A stretch of DNA of 61,078 nt, the filler included, from Globobulimina sp. (taxonomy: Eukaryota), in the NCBI GenBank assembly GCA_003354225.1. It is 18 parts of 18 records of this genome, joined end to end, with 100 filler letters (N's around TTAATTAATTAA, not from the genome) between each part and the next. Parts side by side here need not be neighbours in the genome. Positions count along the whole stretch, not along the records: positions 1 to 3,302 come from PIVH01003144.1; positions 3,403 to 6,704 come from PIVH01003145.1; positions 6,805 to 10,106 come from PIVH01003146.1; positions 10,207 to 13,507 come from PIVH01003147.1; 14 more parts are not named here. One strand, written 5' to 3'. Below, piece by piece: positions 1 to 12,785 of this stretch (its first letter is position 1; each line of letters starts with the position of its first letter). Below the pieces are notes generated by a model. The model saw only the letters and a program-made list of their open reading frames with translations, searched no databases and was not told the DNA's origin. The position numbers and the translations under genes are program-made.

Positions 1-3000
1 CCATTTCTTTGGAGCCAGAATGATTCCGCGACGATCGATGCGATTTATTGCTTTTATTACTTTTGTTTGACCCTTTAGACCGCGGTGATTTTGCAATCGC
101 AGTGCTGGAGATTGGCGACGGTGAGCTGGTTTTAATTCGTTTCTTTAAATTCAAGCCTTGTTTCAATGGCAATGTGCATGTATTATTCCTCTCTTTCTGT
201 CTCGGTATGGATAAATAGTCACAATCATCATTGATATTATCCAAATCAGTAATCATTTGCGATTTATTTTGATGCATAATCTCTTCATTTCGGACTATGG
301 AGAAGCTCAAATCTGGGAAATTATTATGATACGTATTGTATTGCGGTGCCACTTGAACTGGAACTGGAACCGGCTGCATTTGCATATGTGTTGGATGTGG
401 TGTCGGTGGGAAGAAATAAGGCGAATTATAATTATACACAACATGCGGCTGTGGCTGTGGCTGTGGTTGAGGTGGCTCTATGTATGGATACGTAGAATGG
501 CACCCATTGGCATATTTTTGTTTCCATTCATCATGCAACTGAGCAGAGGTTTTTTTCCTATCATTCCTATCATTCAACACCACCGACCTTCGGCCGTGCA
601 ATCGTTGCGACTGCGATCGTTGTATTCGTAGTGGCGGATTGGCAGTGGGTGCATTTATAATATATCCACCCATCGACTGCATCGCATGTTGTTGCTGGTG
701 CTGTTGTTGTTGTTGTGTAGTTATAATCGGTTTGTTTGCATAATTATCGCTGTATCGCCGCGCAGAGTGCATATTTATCGGCGAAGGGCTCGACGACTGA
801 TGGCTGTACGAAGGCGTATATGTGGCATACGTATTGTATGTGGTATACGTATGCGGCGAGATGTTGCTGTTATTGCCATGTCGGATATGTGCGGGGGAAT
901 AAGCAGGCGATTGCTGATAATATTGGTGTTTTATCGGGTTTCTAATAAAGCGTTGCTGCGTTACATTGATTGGTTGAGATAACCGCTTCTTTGCTAATAT
1001 CGGCGCTGATATTTGTGCTCTGTTCGCTCGTTTTTTGTTATCACTGATAATGTTCACTGACTGTCGTCGATCCGGGACCGGCATAAATTTTTCTGTATTG
1101 ACGGTTTTCTTGGACCGTGGCTGTGAATTAAAACAGGAAAAATCCCAGAAACGTTTCTCGTTTTTTTGACGTTTTAATTTCGCAGCGTTTGCACGCTATA
1201 AAAAAAAATGTTTTTTGTAAGTATATATATAAATTAATGTATACAAAAAAAAGATAACTGTGTTGTTATTGTTATATATATTATTTGGACCGGGCGAATT
1301 CTGCGCATTTATAGGCAAACAAGATGTGTATTTATCCTTTTCTACGCGTTGAATATGTGCATTAATGATATTATTCTTCCCGCCCGGCAATGAATGCCTT
1401 GCCTTAGGTTTCCCGCGTCGGTGTTCGTGATGTTTGTCGCCGCCCCAATGTGCACAATATCGCTCATTCGACTTACCGTCATTGGCTTGGCCGCGCGTAC
1501 GGTCCTTATCTCTGTTCTTGTGCCGCTTGGATTTTCTGTCCATGTTACCACGTACAAATGGATGGTTTTTCAAAGCCAATCTCGTCACACTCTGTTATAG
1601 AATATTTATGTCCATCATATTCATCATCAAATGGCATAGTTACACATCGTTATCAATGATGAATATGCTGTCAATTAAGCATAATAACACAGACAAATAA
1701 CATAGAAACAGACGGACAGAGCCGCACAAACTGACATACCATGCCTTTAATATCCCAATCATACTCCCAGTCCGCGGTGAAATCCATTTTAAAAAATACT
1801 TCTCTAAATATATCAGACATAATTATATGTTTCTACAATCAAAAAAGTGCAAGGATACAAAGACAAACACACCGAAACATCCTCCGCAACTGTTCGTAAT
1901 TTGGCCTCTCTTCGTATCCCAAGCGCCACGAATAGCGGATTAAATGTGCAAATTCCTCCGGAAAGCCCTTACAAAGTTGCTCGGGCAAAGTGGACAATTT
2001 CTTTCTGGCGATCTTCTCGTACTTTTCATGTCTGCTCTTTGCTTTGATCCCTTGCCACGGCAATCTGCCACGCAAAAAATACATAAATATATACGCCAGC
2101 GACTCCAAATCGTCTCTCCGCGACTGCGCCACTCCTAAATGTGTATTGACGCTGGCATAGCGAGCCGTGCCTGTCAACGTTTTACCTGTTTTTGTTACAA
2201 AAAATAGCGTTTTCACATCATATTTGCAATAAATTACATAAAAAAACCGCGATGAAAGCACAACAAAAAAAAAGATAACAGAAAGTGTAACGCGTTTTTG
2301 TCAGTTTATACCATTGCAATATACATCAAATTATGCTATAAAATGTAATGTATATTGCAAAAACAGCAACGTTTCTATGATTTTGTGAGAAATTAATACC
2401 TTCCGTATATGCGACGTGATGCGAGTTATGATCGATGTACGATTTGCCGAGTCCCAAATCGACGGCGTACACAACACGCTCAGAGTTATAGATTCCCATT
2501 AAAAAGTTGTCGGGTTTCAAGTCTCGATGCAAATATCCAGTGTCGTGGATACATTCTAATCGCGACAGCATTTGGTCCGCGATCATCAGTACGGTTTTGA
2601 CCGAAAATGTGCGATTACATAAATTGAATAAGCGCTCCAATGACGGCCCCAACATCTCCAAAATCAATGCATTGAACGGATGGCCTTCTACGCGACCAAA
2701 ATAATGGATGTTGGGGATGCCGATGGAGATGTTATTGTTGTTCATATGGGCGCGGATATGGCGATAGATTTTGTACTCTTTCTCTAATTGCGGATGGTGA
2801 TTAGGCTTCGTTGGCTCTAATTTGATGGCCACGTAGCGATAATTGTCGGTCATATCCACGCCAGAATGGACTGAGCCGAACGAGCCAGAGTCTATCAATG
2901 GGCCCATGCCGTATCGGTTGTGTATGACTGCGACGGGCTGCCATAAGGGGTCATAGATGGGATGCGGCGGTAAGTTGTCGTGCGGCTTTGTGTAGGATAA

Positions 3001-3156
3001 TGTTTTTGAATTCGAATGGTGTTTTTTGTGTTTTTTTACACGACTTCGGGTAACATTTGGCGATGGTTTGTTTGTGGAGGGTATGGGTGTTTTTGTTGTG
3101 GAGGTGGTGGGGTTTGCTTTTGTTGCTGGTTTGTGAGTGTTTGGATGTTCTGCCAT
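1..3156 (-). CDS. CK1: Casein kinase I family kinase, 5 exons, 3'-incomplete, with long low-complexity C-terminal tail
   Basis: Motifs GSGSFG-like (DSGSFG), [57 protein letters not shown]. Frame-restoring GT-AG introns at 2186-2399, 1804-1872, 1592-1739 and probably 1121-1258. The last exon (1120 to 1) is stop-free when translated by hand and is Q/P/N/S-rich. Confidence 0.93.
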
Positions 3157-3302
3157 GGATTTGTTGTATGTGGATTGGATGTATTCTGGTGTTGATATAT
3201 GGAGATTTTTAAAATGTATAAATTTTGTTTTTGTTTGTTAGATTTGAGATGAATTAAACACGATTTTGTATAGTGAATATGGAGTGTGTCAATGATGTTG
3301 TT

Positions 3303-3402
3303 NNNNNNNNNNNNNNNNNNNNNNNNNNNNNNNNNNNNNNNNNNNNTTAATTAATTAANNNNNNNNNNNNNNNNNNNNNNNNNNNNNNNNNNNNNNNNNN
3401 NN
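3303..3402. other. Artificial contig spacer N44-TTAATTAATTAA-N44 (17 copies in the window)
   Basis: Identical 100-bp spacer with stops in all six frames, starting at 3303, 6705, 10107, 13508, 16909, 20309, 23708, 27107, 30506, 33904, 37302, 40700, 44097, 47494, 50891, 54287 and 57683. Contig lengths decrease monotonically. Confidence 0.99.
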
Positions 3403-4499
3403 TGGTCTCACTGCTCATTCCCGACACAGCCATCTCAAACTACATAGTGCTGATCTGGAGCATATTGGTCATGTTTTTGCTAACCATCGTATCCTACATT
3501 CAGACGGGATGGGTGTTGTACGGCATCCGTCGTAAAAACGAGCACTCTGAAAACTTGGTAAAAACGATAGACGATAAATGGGAATCAAACATAACATTAA
3601 CCACAGTGTTAGAGTCCAAGGAAGGCTTTGAAATATTTATGGATTTCCTCGTCGCAGAGTACAGCACCGAGAATCTGTTATGTTATGTGGAGGCCACTCA
3701 GTTTCTGCGGAAGTGGAAATATGTGTTATATCGCATGAAGATACTGATAAAAAAGGACAATAATAACATGAATCGGCAAGAGTTGGTTGTCGAGGCAACC
3801 AATTATGTGCAGAAACAGATGGAAAACGATGCAGAGTCCGACGAAGAGATCGATAGCGAACCGTGGTCCTTCCACGACAAAGAAACGACGTTCATCACAT
3901 TCAAATGGGTCAAGAAGCCGCCAGTGATGAAGAAGGCCAATATTACGCTGTGGGATCATTTCAAGCATTTGCGGCAAAAATATATCTCTGCCACCTCCGC
4001 GCATCAAGTCAATATTCGCTCGGCTCTGTATAAGCATTATACGCAAATCAAACCGAAAGATTGTAAGTTGGCGAAATTGGATATTAGCGATGTATTTGCT
4101 GATCCATTATGTAAATCAAATGATGATATTGATATATTGCCAATTGGTACACCGCGGAAATCTCATTCGGTGGTGGATGATATGGATGGGTTTGATGAGG
4201 AATTTGAGTCATTGCAACCGGGACAAGTTGCGATTGAAATGGGTGAAATGGCACCGCGTGAGAATGGGAGTGGGATACGACGCTCACAAACGGGTCAATA
4301 TAATCGGAATTTGAGGCATTTGTATGGCGTGGCGAAGGTGCTGCAGTTGATTGAAGATACCAGGAAGGAATTGTGGAAGAATATGAATGACTCATTGGTC
4401 AGGTTTAGATCTACGGAGATCTATGTTAATTATATTGAAAAAATATATATAAACCAGAATAAAAAACCTGATGATCCATCATTGGAGCATGTTGATTAA
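3403..4499 (+). CDS. Membrane-anchored RGS-domain protein (3' part of a probable 7TM-RGS), 5'-incomplete
   Basis: A hydrophobic helix is followed by RGS motifs LTTVLESKEGFEIFMDFLVAEYSTENLLCYVE, KYISATSAHQVNI and LWKNMNDSLVRFRST, with acidic insertions. Confidence 0.8.
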
Positions 4500-4857
4500 T
4501 CGATTAATGAAATGCCACTGTTCTTATTTTGCTCATTATGTTTTTGTTTTTTGTTGTTCTGTTTGTTTACTTTGTTATGTTTTAGTACGTTTAATATGTA
4601 ACATGTTTTTTTCCCCAGTCCCAAAAAAATTCGTCCAATTTATGTCATTGCATAAATATGTAATGTATGTGAGAAGCAAAAGTGATGCACGTTTGTTGGT
4701 TTAATAATATAGCTACAATAAAGATAATAACATCAAAAACAAATCAAATAAAGCTGAAACCACCAACACAAAATCTAGAATGAACCTGAGAAAACAATAC
4801 TTATTACAATACAAAAAGGCTGTCAAAATAAAACAATGTTCCTATAATTATATCATT

Positions 4858-6704
4858 TTATTTCCGTGTCTCACTCTCTGATCCACTGATAACATATGAG
4901 TGATATGATTCGCTTCCACTCCTTTTTTTCCCTGGCTTTTTATTTTTATATTCATTGATTTTATCATTCATATTATTAACATTGAACTCAATTTCCTCAT
5001 CTTCCTTTATTGCAACATGTACATTATTTGCATTCTTTACAGATTGACCTTCATAATCTTCCTCATTTAGTTTCTTTTCAATGTCACCAATAGTCACACC
5101 ATCATTGTCTCCACTTATTAGCAAATCTCCATTGTAATACTTACCATCCTCACTCATTAAAGCTTCATCATCATAGTCCTCATCCTTTCCATCTCCGTTT
5201 TGCTCCATTTCCCGTGCTTTTTTAACTGCATTTAATTCGATTTCTGGAACCGGTACAGGTACTTTATTAATATTTAGTTTTTGTGGCGATGTAAATCTCG
5301 GTGGAGGCTTTGGTAAACCATCAGGCGTTCCCTTACTGCCCCTAATTTTACTGCGCTTTGGTGTTTCTTGCAATGCCATAATTTGTGTCTCTTGAAATCC
5401 ATCCATAACATCACAATCATCCTCGTTATCACTTACTATTAAGGCAACTGGTTTATTTTTGCGCATATTTTGTAAACTTGCATAGGAACCACCTTCCGGT
5501 CGTGCATTCACTGAGATTCTATGGTCGAATTCACCATTTTTATCAATCATTTTATTTGCAAAATCTATATTCGAATACTGTGCAATAATATGTTTCTCAG
5601 AAATGGGTGAATTACTCGCACTGTCAATACATTCCGACTCCGCATCCTTTGCATATTTATCACGTAAAAGTAAATAACTTCTTAACTTCTTGGCACAGAC
5701 AACAATGCAACACAACAATATCAATGCCAACAATATTATAATTATAATCATTAAAATTGCAGTAGTACTCATTACAGAGACACTCAATTCATTATTATCT
5801 GTATTTTCCATGGTGGTGTATTCAACGTGTTCGCCTTCGTTCGTGGGTCTGGATGTCGGAACATTAATGGTTGGAGTAACAGTTGGTACCCATGTTGGAG
5901 CGTAGGTAGTGGGTGAAAATGTTGTTGGAGCATACGTTGTGGGTGAAACTGTTGGATTATGTGTTGGATGTATGGATGGTTCGGTTGTTGTTGGATTCGA
6001 TGTAGTTGGACTTGTGGTTGGGTTAAGTGTTGGATTGAATGTTGGATTAAGTGTTGTTGGCGTTGCTGTGGTTGGATTATTGGTTGTTGGTTGTTTTGTA
6101 GTTGGACTGGATGTGGTGGGTAATGAGGTGGTTGGTGTTGTAGCTGGAGATAATAATTCATATTTGAGGAATATTTGAGTGATTTCATAGTTATCATCAA
6201 CAGATTGTCCGGTTATGTAAATATTATATCCGGTGTTGACTGGTATATGTTCATTGAAAGCACAGCTAGTGGCCGCATATCCATTGCCTTTAAAAGTTAC
6301 GGTCATCCGATTCTGTGCGGGATAGTTTTCAATGATAAATGTCAATGGCCATGAGGTTGCATCAGATGCGGTGCCCATATCATCATAGTCGCACGGATGA
6401 GAGGTATTGATATATGCCGGTCTACATGCTCTATTTCCAGGCGTTTGATATTGCCCAGGAGCCATAACCCAGTACACATCACCAGACAGTAAGTTTCTTG
6501 TTGGGTTTAGCAAATTTGAATCGCAGCCAGGAGCTATCATATTGAAACCATTGCCATCCAATCTAACGATCATAGTGAAATATTTTGAACTAAACGCTTC
6601 CAAACCATCTGTAAATGAGAGTAACATATCACAATCAGTGTTGGAAATAGTATTGCCAGGCAATGTCATGGTGAATCTGGATGGCGAAGTTGTATCATAT
6701 CCCC
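4858..6704 (-). CDS. Single-pass cell-surface protein with PT-rich mucin-like stalk, 5'-incomplete
   Basis: Cys-containing ectodomain, about 20 PT(T/H/F)xx repeats, TM helix ILMIIIIILLALILLCCIVVC, acidic cytoplasmic tail. Confidence 0.75.
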
Positions 6705-6804
6705 NNNNNNNNNNNNNNNNNNNNNNNNNNNNNNNNNNNNNNNNNNNNTTAATTAATTAANNNNNNNNNNNNNNNNNNNNNNNNNNNNNNNNNNNNNNNN
6801 NNNN

Positions 6805-6944
6805 GAGGGAGAGACGGTGGGTGCATCATATTATATATTCGGAGGAGGCATTGCACCGTAGGAGGGAGAGACGGTGGGTGCTTTTTATTATATATTCGGA
6901 GGAAGGCATTGCACCGTAGGAGGGGGAGACGGTGGTGCATCATT
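6805..6944 (+). repeat. Left subterminal tandem repeat array (units 6805-6861, 6862-6919, partial 6920-6944)
   Basis: Unit GAGGGAGAGACGGTGGGTGC(ATCA/TTTT)TATTATATATTCGGAGGA(A)GGCATTGCACCGTAG read directly from the sequence. Confidence 0.95.
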
Positions 6945-7129
6945 GTACGGTACACAATGGATCCAAACAAGCGATGAATTACCACCAATTATAAGGTGGA
7001 TTGACAAATATTTTGATATTCTTGTTATGAATGTAGCTGTGCGTTTGTGTGTTTATGCCGAGGTCACCTCGGAACATGTATAACTTGCTTTTTTTTTACG
7101 TCATCGATACACATAATAATCATTAAAAA

Positions 7130-10000
7130 ATGCCATCGCTATTTAGATTTACTGCAAAAAGTCCAAAGAAAAAAAAAGTAAAAACAACAAGTGTCCGTTT
7201 CAAAACAAAGGAGAAAAGTCGCAAAATATCAGGTTATCACTGTGGTCACTCTAATCAACAAATTAAAATAGTTGTTGTTTCACCAAATAAAAAAACTAAG
7301 AAAGCAAAATTATCAAACACGAACACAGACAATAACGTTTTTGAATCACATGAATCAAATAACTTTGATTCCGACCATGATATTCAAGATTCAAACGTTT
7401 CTGATATCAATGAATCAATTATAAATGACATCAGTGATCTGCATGTCCATCCAAATAACAATAATAGTAATACTATATCATATACACATGCTCCGATTGA
7501 ATCTATCAACATTAATCATTATCCAAATATGCGCAACAGCATTAACGATGTTGTGAAGCATCACTCATTGTCTAAGTACCATAATATACCTGAATTAGAT
7601 ATGGCAATGTTCTGCAAATATTTTCAATGTTTACAAATGTCAAAGCCATATTTCGTTGATAATAAATGCGTTGTACAGAATTTCGACCCAAAAAAAGAAA
7701 CATTATCAAATTCATTTCAGATAATGTATGCTGATTATGATGAAAATAATAATCTGAGTCCATTTTGCATTTGCGATATGTATAAAAACCATAGATTATG
7801 TGAGCATTGTCTTGTAGCCGAAATTGGGCTAAGTCACAGTAAATATAATATTCCTCAATTGTTCAGATATTTTGCCGCATCGAATCAGATTCAAAAGGAT
7901 GGCATTTTTGTGAATGACGTTTTTTGCATTAAATCGAATCTGACTGGTTTCAGAAACAAAGCTTATTATGTAAATGATGGGAAAATGCCACGAATTGTAT
8001 ACCAGAATAAAGACGGTTGTATCACATGTTCCATTTGCAAACAACGAAATACCTGTCCACATCGGAAACGTTTAATGGAAGCTTTAAATATTACATATTC
8101 AGAGTATAAGGATCAAAGAGCCCAAATAATTATATCCTCAAATGATCGTGAATTTATTATTGAAAAACCTCATTCTTTTCAAAAAGTGCCAGCTCCAAAA
8201 ATTCATCGAACAAATACAATATCATTACTGTATGATGAATATCATTATGATGCATCCAAATTTATCAATGCACATTTTTCCACTGAGACTGAGCGCTGCA
8301 TCAAATGCCATCAATTATTCAATACATTTAACACAGATACAAATAGCTTTAATAACAATTACTGTATTTTAACACATCAATCTATTTTATATGCATTAGA
8401 AATTTCATATGAATGTACTGTTGACTATTATTAATGTAATAATTGTAAACATATAAATGAATTTGATGGATCCAATTTGCATATATTTAATTATGATGGA
8501 TACAGTTTATATACTCATTCTTTATTAAATCACAGATCAAATAATTTGCATACGGCACGAGCATCATCGTGGGAGAGTTGGTGTAAGGATCAAACACGTG
8601 TTTATATTGAAAACGGTGCGAAGTACGAATTTCCGAGCGATCCGACATTTATTAATGTGTGGAATTCATTTATCACATTTACTCAAAACTGGGAATATGA
8701 TTTTATTTGTCCATGGTGTGATAGAGGAGGCGTAAATAGAGGCGAATGTGATCATGTTGGTTATGACGCCATTGTGTGTTTCATCAAACAATACAGAGCT
8801 CAAAAATGTGTCAACCCAACTACAGCGTACGACACATCAAACGCAGTACAGAACAGAACCGCTCGATCAAATAGATATGTTACGGATTATCAAACAAGAT
8901 TGTTGGCACAACGTTGGTATCAAACATTGTTTACAAAATATGGTAGAGAAACTAAGTTAGATAAATTAAGACGTGGTGAATATAATAAATTAAAAAAGAA
9001 GTTGAAAGAAAATAATTATATAGATTTACATGATATGATTGTTTGGATAAATACAAATATTAAAGATATTAATGATGATAAAAAATTTAAAGAGGATTTA
9101 CAAGATGTGCTTAGAGCTATTATTGGTGATGAGTGTGTTCTTGGTTTATTTCATCCACAAATTCTACATATTTTTTTGGATGATAATATGTCATATATCA
9201 ATCATAAAAAACAATTTCAAAAATATTCTCATTTGTTAAATGCATTATTATTTAATAAACACCAATTACCATTACCAGATATCTTATTAACTGTATTAAA
9301 ACATGCAGCTCGTTCAGCGTATCAATTGCTAGAACATTACAAAGAGAAACAAAAACATGATGATATAATACCTACTGATGAGCAAATAAAGGAATATCAG
9401 GATTGGATGAAATCTGGATCTTATTACGCAGCAACAAAGAAAAGAAACCGGCCATTATATCAGAGTGACAGTGAGCAAAAACATCCTGATGAACAGTCTT
9501 GTAACAAAAACTTTGCTGCTTTCCAGAAAGTAACTGGTGGCATTTGGCAACTGAGATGTTTAATTCATGGAATCTGTATCGGATTTCATGTTATTCCAAA
9601 TTCAGAAGGCAGAAACGATCCGTTTTCTGCTGTTTATTGTCATTTCAAAAAAGGGCCAGATTCAATGTGTGGTGATTTTAATTGTCAAGTTCATCCGTAT
9701 TGCATGTCACGTGAAGCTGAATTTTTTGCTGAAACTATATTTTCATCGGATTCACTGCATCATAAGGGTCATTCCAGATGTTCTGAAGTATTCAACGAAA
9801 CTAAATTTAAATCACAAGGATTGCGAGAATATAAATTATGGAATGGATCTGCTGTAGAAGAAAGAAACAGAGTTTTATCCAAATTGAAGGAGGTATCGGC
9901 ACATATGTGTCTTGAGCAATTTATGATTCAATTACGATTGTTAATTGAAATGGATAATCGTCGCGTAATAAGGAAAGTTAAAGGACTACACGTATATTGA
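7130..10000 (+). pseudogene. KDZ (Zisupton-like) transposase, 956 codons with one in-frame TAA at 8432-8434
   Basis: ORFs 7130-8434 and 8477-10000 share a frame (YY*CNNCKHINEFDGSNLHIFNY). N-terminal SWIM-like Cys/His fingers (CICDMYKNHRLCEH, CSICKQRNTCPH). KDZ core CNKNF...TGGI...CLIHGICIGFH...SEGRNDPF...GDFNC...YCMSREAEFF...DSLHHKGH...NGSAVEERN. Confidence 0.82.
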
Positions 10001-10052
10001 TTGTATTGTTTCGTGTTTGTGAGTTTGAATTGCTTTGTTTGAATCTCTTGCG

Positions 10053-10106
10053 TACGGTGCAATGCCTTCCTCCGAATATATAATATGAAGCACCCACCGT
10101 CTCTCC
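10053..10106 (-). repeat. Right-end inverted copy of the 57-58 bp unit
   Basis: Reverse complement reads GGAGAGACGGTGGGTGCTTCATATTATATATTCGGAGGAAGGCATTGCACCGTA, matching the left-end units. Confidence 0.95.
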
Positions 10107-10206
10107 NNNNNNNNNNNNNNNNNNNNNNNNNNNNNNNNNNNNNNNNNNNNTTAATTAATTAANNNNNNNNNNNNNNNNNNNNNNNNNNNNNNNNNNNNNN
10201 NNNNNN

Positions 10207-11952
10207 CCGATCAATTTAGCAGAAATCATCAGAGCCATATTGCAGTTGCCGGATAAATTGCAGCCGCGATGTGAGGCCAACAACCCTCGATACAAATTCA
10301 TAGTATATGACGACCGCAATATTAACATATTTAACTTAACAGATTGGTCGCAGCAATACGCAAACCCGGACCCGAATCGTTTTAATACAAAATGTAGATT
10401 TGGAACGCGAGCAATAATTATAAGATTGGCAAATACTTATTCTGTGTATTCGGAGATTGAAAATTTAACAATTGTACAATTATCGAATCAATACGGGATG
10501 AATAGACAGAATGCGTTGAATATTATTGTCCATTCACGACAATGAAAAATATTATTGTAAATTTATAGATTACGCGACAATGAAAAATGATGAATATTTC
10601 AAACAAAAACAAATCAACGCACTTTATAATAATGAGAATAATATCAATCAATCATTTAATTTGGATTCAGATTTAATGTCAAACAAATGAGAAACATTAA
10701 TAAATATACTTAAACAAAATTGTTTTACATTTGATGACGATGAATATATTAATGATGAGATTTTGAATATGATTTTTTGGGACAATGATGATTTAAATAA
10801 TATTAATGTGATTATGAAAGATGATTTGGCAAATTTTTTTAACCGAATATTACGTGCGCCATCATTAGAAAATTTAAATAACAGATTACCAAATTTATAC
10901 AACATTGCATATGTAAACTACAGCATGCCAACGAAAGTTATATTTAATGGATCGATATCTGTATAGGATAGGATATTATAGTATAGGATAGTATAGAAAA
11001 TGGCATTGCAAGCAAATTATGTGAATCGACTATTAATTGAACTGAATTACATTGATGATGCAAATAAAGGAGATAGCCGAAGTTTTTCATAATTTGGACA
11101 ATTTAAATATTATCAGCTACGAAGAAGAGGAGGAAACCATGGATTGCAGTATTGAATTATTTGAAAATATGTTGAAAAGTGCCAAGTTAAAACCCGACAA
11201 CGAAAATGAAGAAAAAATGGATGTGGATGACACTGAGATTGAGTATGAAAATAGCAAATTATACGAATGTATTACGTATGGTATTGAGAATAAAATATAT
11301 CACAAATTATTTAACAATGCAAGTGTTGCTGAAAAAATTAGATTAAACGCAAGAAGATCTGACAAATGTATGACTTTTTTAAATAGTATTATTGGTATTG
11401 ATTGGTTGAATGAAATGGAATTAAATAACCATGATTTGAATTTATTAATACGTATATTATATGGTCTGCCATTAATTGATAAACACAGTAAAATTGTATG
11501 CAATCAGTGCCACAAAAAAATACATAGTAAGAATGTTTTAGAGCATATAAATAAATGTAGATTTGGAACGCGAGCACATCATTTTAGACACGACGAGATT
11601 TCCTATTATTTATTTAAATTATTTGAAAACGAATTTGGTGATGGACAAAGTAAAGAAAAACCCTATATGTGGGTCAATAATTCGATTGAATATGAAAAAG
11701 ATAAATTTAGTAAATTAATTTTGGACGTCGTGATTAGCGACATTTACAGTGATGAAAATAAACTAAATACGGAAAATAAAAATATCACATTTTATGGCGG
11801 GGAAAATTGGGGAAAGAAACAAATATTTTAATTATGAAAGTAAATTTGAGGCGGATTTATTAAATGGATACAAATTTTTTCCTTTGGCATTTGACAGTTT
11901 TGGTGGAATAAGTAAAAATGTTAAGAAAATATGCAATGCAGCAAAACATTAA
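10207..11952 (+). mobile_element. Degenerate non-LTR retrotransposon of the RLE type (CRE-like)
   Basis: Fragmented ORFs. RT-like segment VIMKDDLANFFNRILR...LPNLYNIAYVNYSMPTKVIFNG; CCHC finger CNQC...EHINKC followed by RHDEI; endonuclease-like LILDVVISD and, in another frame, KFFPLAFDSFGG. Multiple stops and frameshifts; the RT YxDD core was not found. Confidence 0.7.
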
Positions 11953-12093
11953 AAAATCATTTTACATTAAAGTAATTCTAACAGGATATTAACTTCGTTT
12001 TTGATTTGAATGACTTTTATGTTTTGTTTGTGTTTATGTTAGCAACCAATCTAATATTTGTTTTATTTGTTTTATGTGTTCTTTTTTTATTGA

Positions 12094-12574
12094 TTGGTGT
12101 GCTTTTTTATATGTATTTATAACGAAATGTTTGTGTTTATTTCAAGTGCATCAAGTGTACCATTACCAAAAACCTCAGGAAATATGTTCCTTAATTATAT
12201 TATTTCAGTTTCTGTATTTCTATCTTGCATCATTCCAATTATCTATAACGTTCGGAATGTGAAAAATATTTCCTTATTTTTTAAACACAAGACCAGATTT
12301 GTAGATATTTATGTCGGCAGTAATTCACAGATAACCACTCAAGTAAATGTGGAGAATTCCTACAAAGGTTTTAATAGTACAAATTGATGGCGATATCGTA
12401 GACTCATTAATCAATGGCCATAATATTGGTCAAAATCTAAGTGTAATTTGCAACGGAACAGATTTAGCGATTGGTGGATGCCATAATTTAACAATATATA
12501 CCTCGCCGGTCTATAATTATTTGAATTGTATTAAATATGGATATTATTCCAAAAGTTATAGGTTTTATTTATAA
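12094..12574 (+). pseudogene. Fragmentary ORFs, possibly a decayed or intron-split surface protein
   Basis: Two overlapping ORFs in different frames; the second has a Cys-spaced segment LSVICNG...GGCHNLTIY. Confidence 0.25.
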
Positions 12575-12785
12575 TTCGACTATTTTATTCGCATTTAATA
12601 TCTCCATTCTCGTCATACTTACTTACAGAGTGAAGCAGTCAAATGTTAGTGAAAATGGAAAATTTAAATGTTGATTCATTAAATGAACTAAAAGCAAAAA
12701 CTCTAATGAGCATCAAATGTAGTAGGTCGAGCCTGGTTAATTAGATACAATAAATCAAGAGGATTCAGGGTAAAATTTCAGTTCC

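Larger units (their letters stand above)
6805..10106 (+). mobile_element. Kyakuja-Dileera-Zisupton (KDZ) superfamily DNA transposon with tandem-repeat terminal inverted repeats
   Basis: The left end carries about 2.4 tandem copies of a 57-58 bp unit. The right end (10053-10106) is the reverse complement of that unit. A single transposase frame lies between them. Confidence 0.85.

Noticed and set aside
257-1700. Plus-strand ORFs of 68-124 aa
   Set aside because: They are antisense shadows of the CK1 low-complexity exons.
6805-6944. Repeat-spacer-like pattern suggesting CRISPR
   Set aside because: Units are contiguous tandem copies without unique spacers, no cas genes are present, and the inverted copy at the far end marks it as a transposon end.
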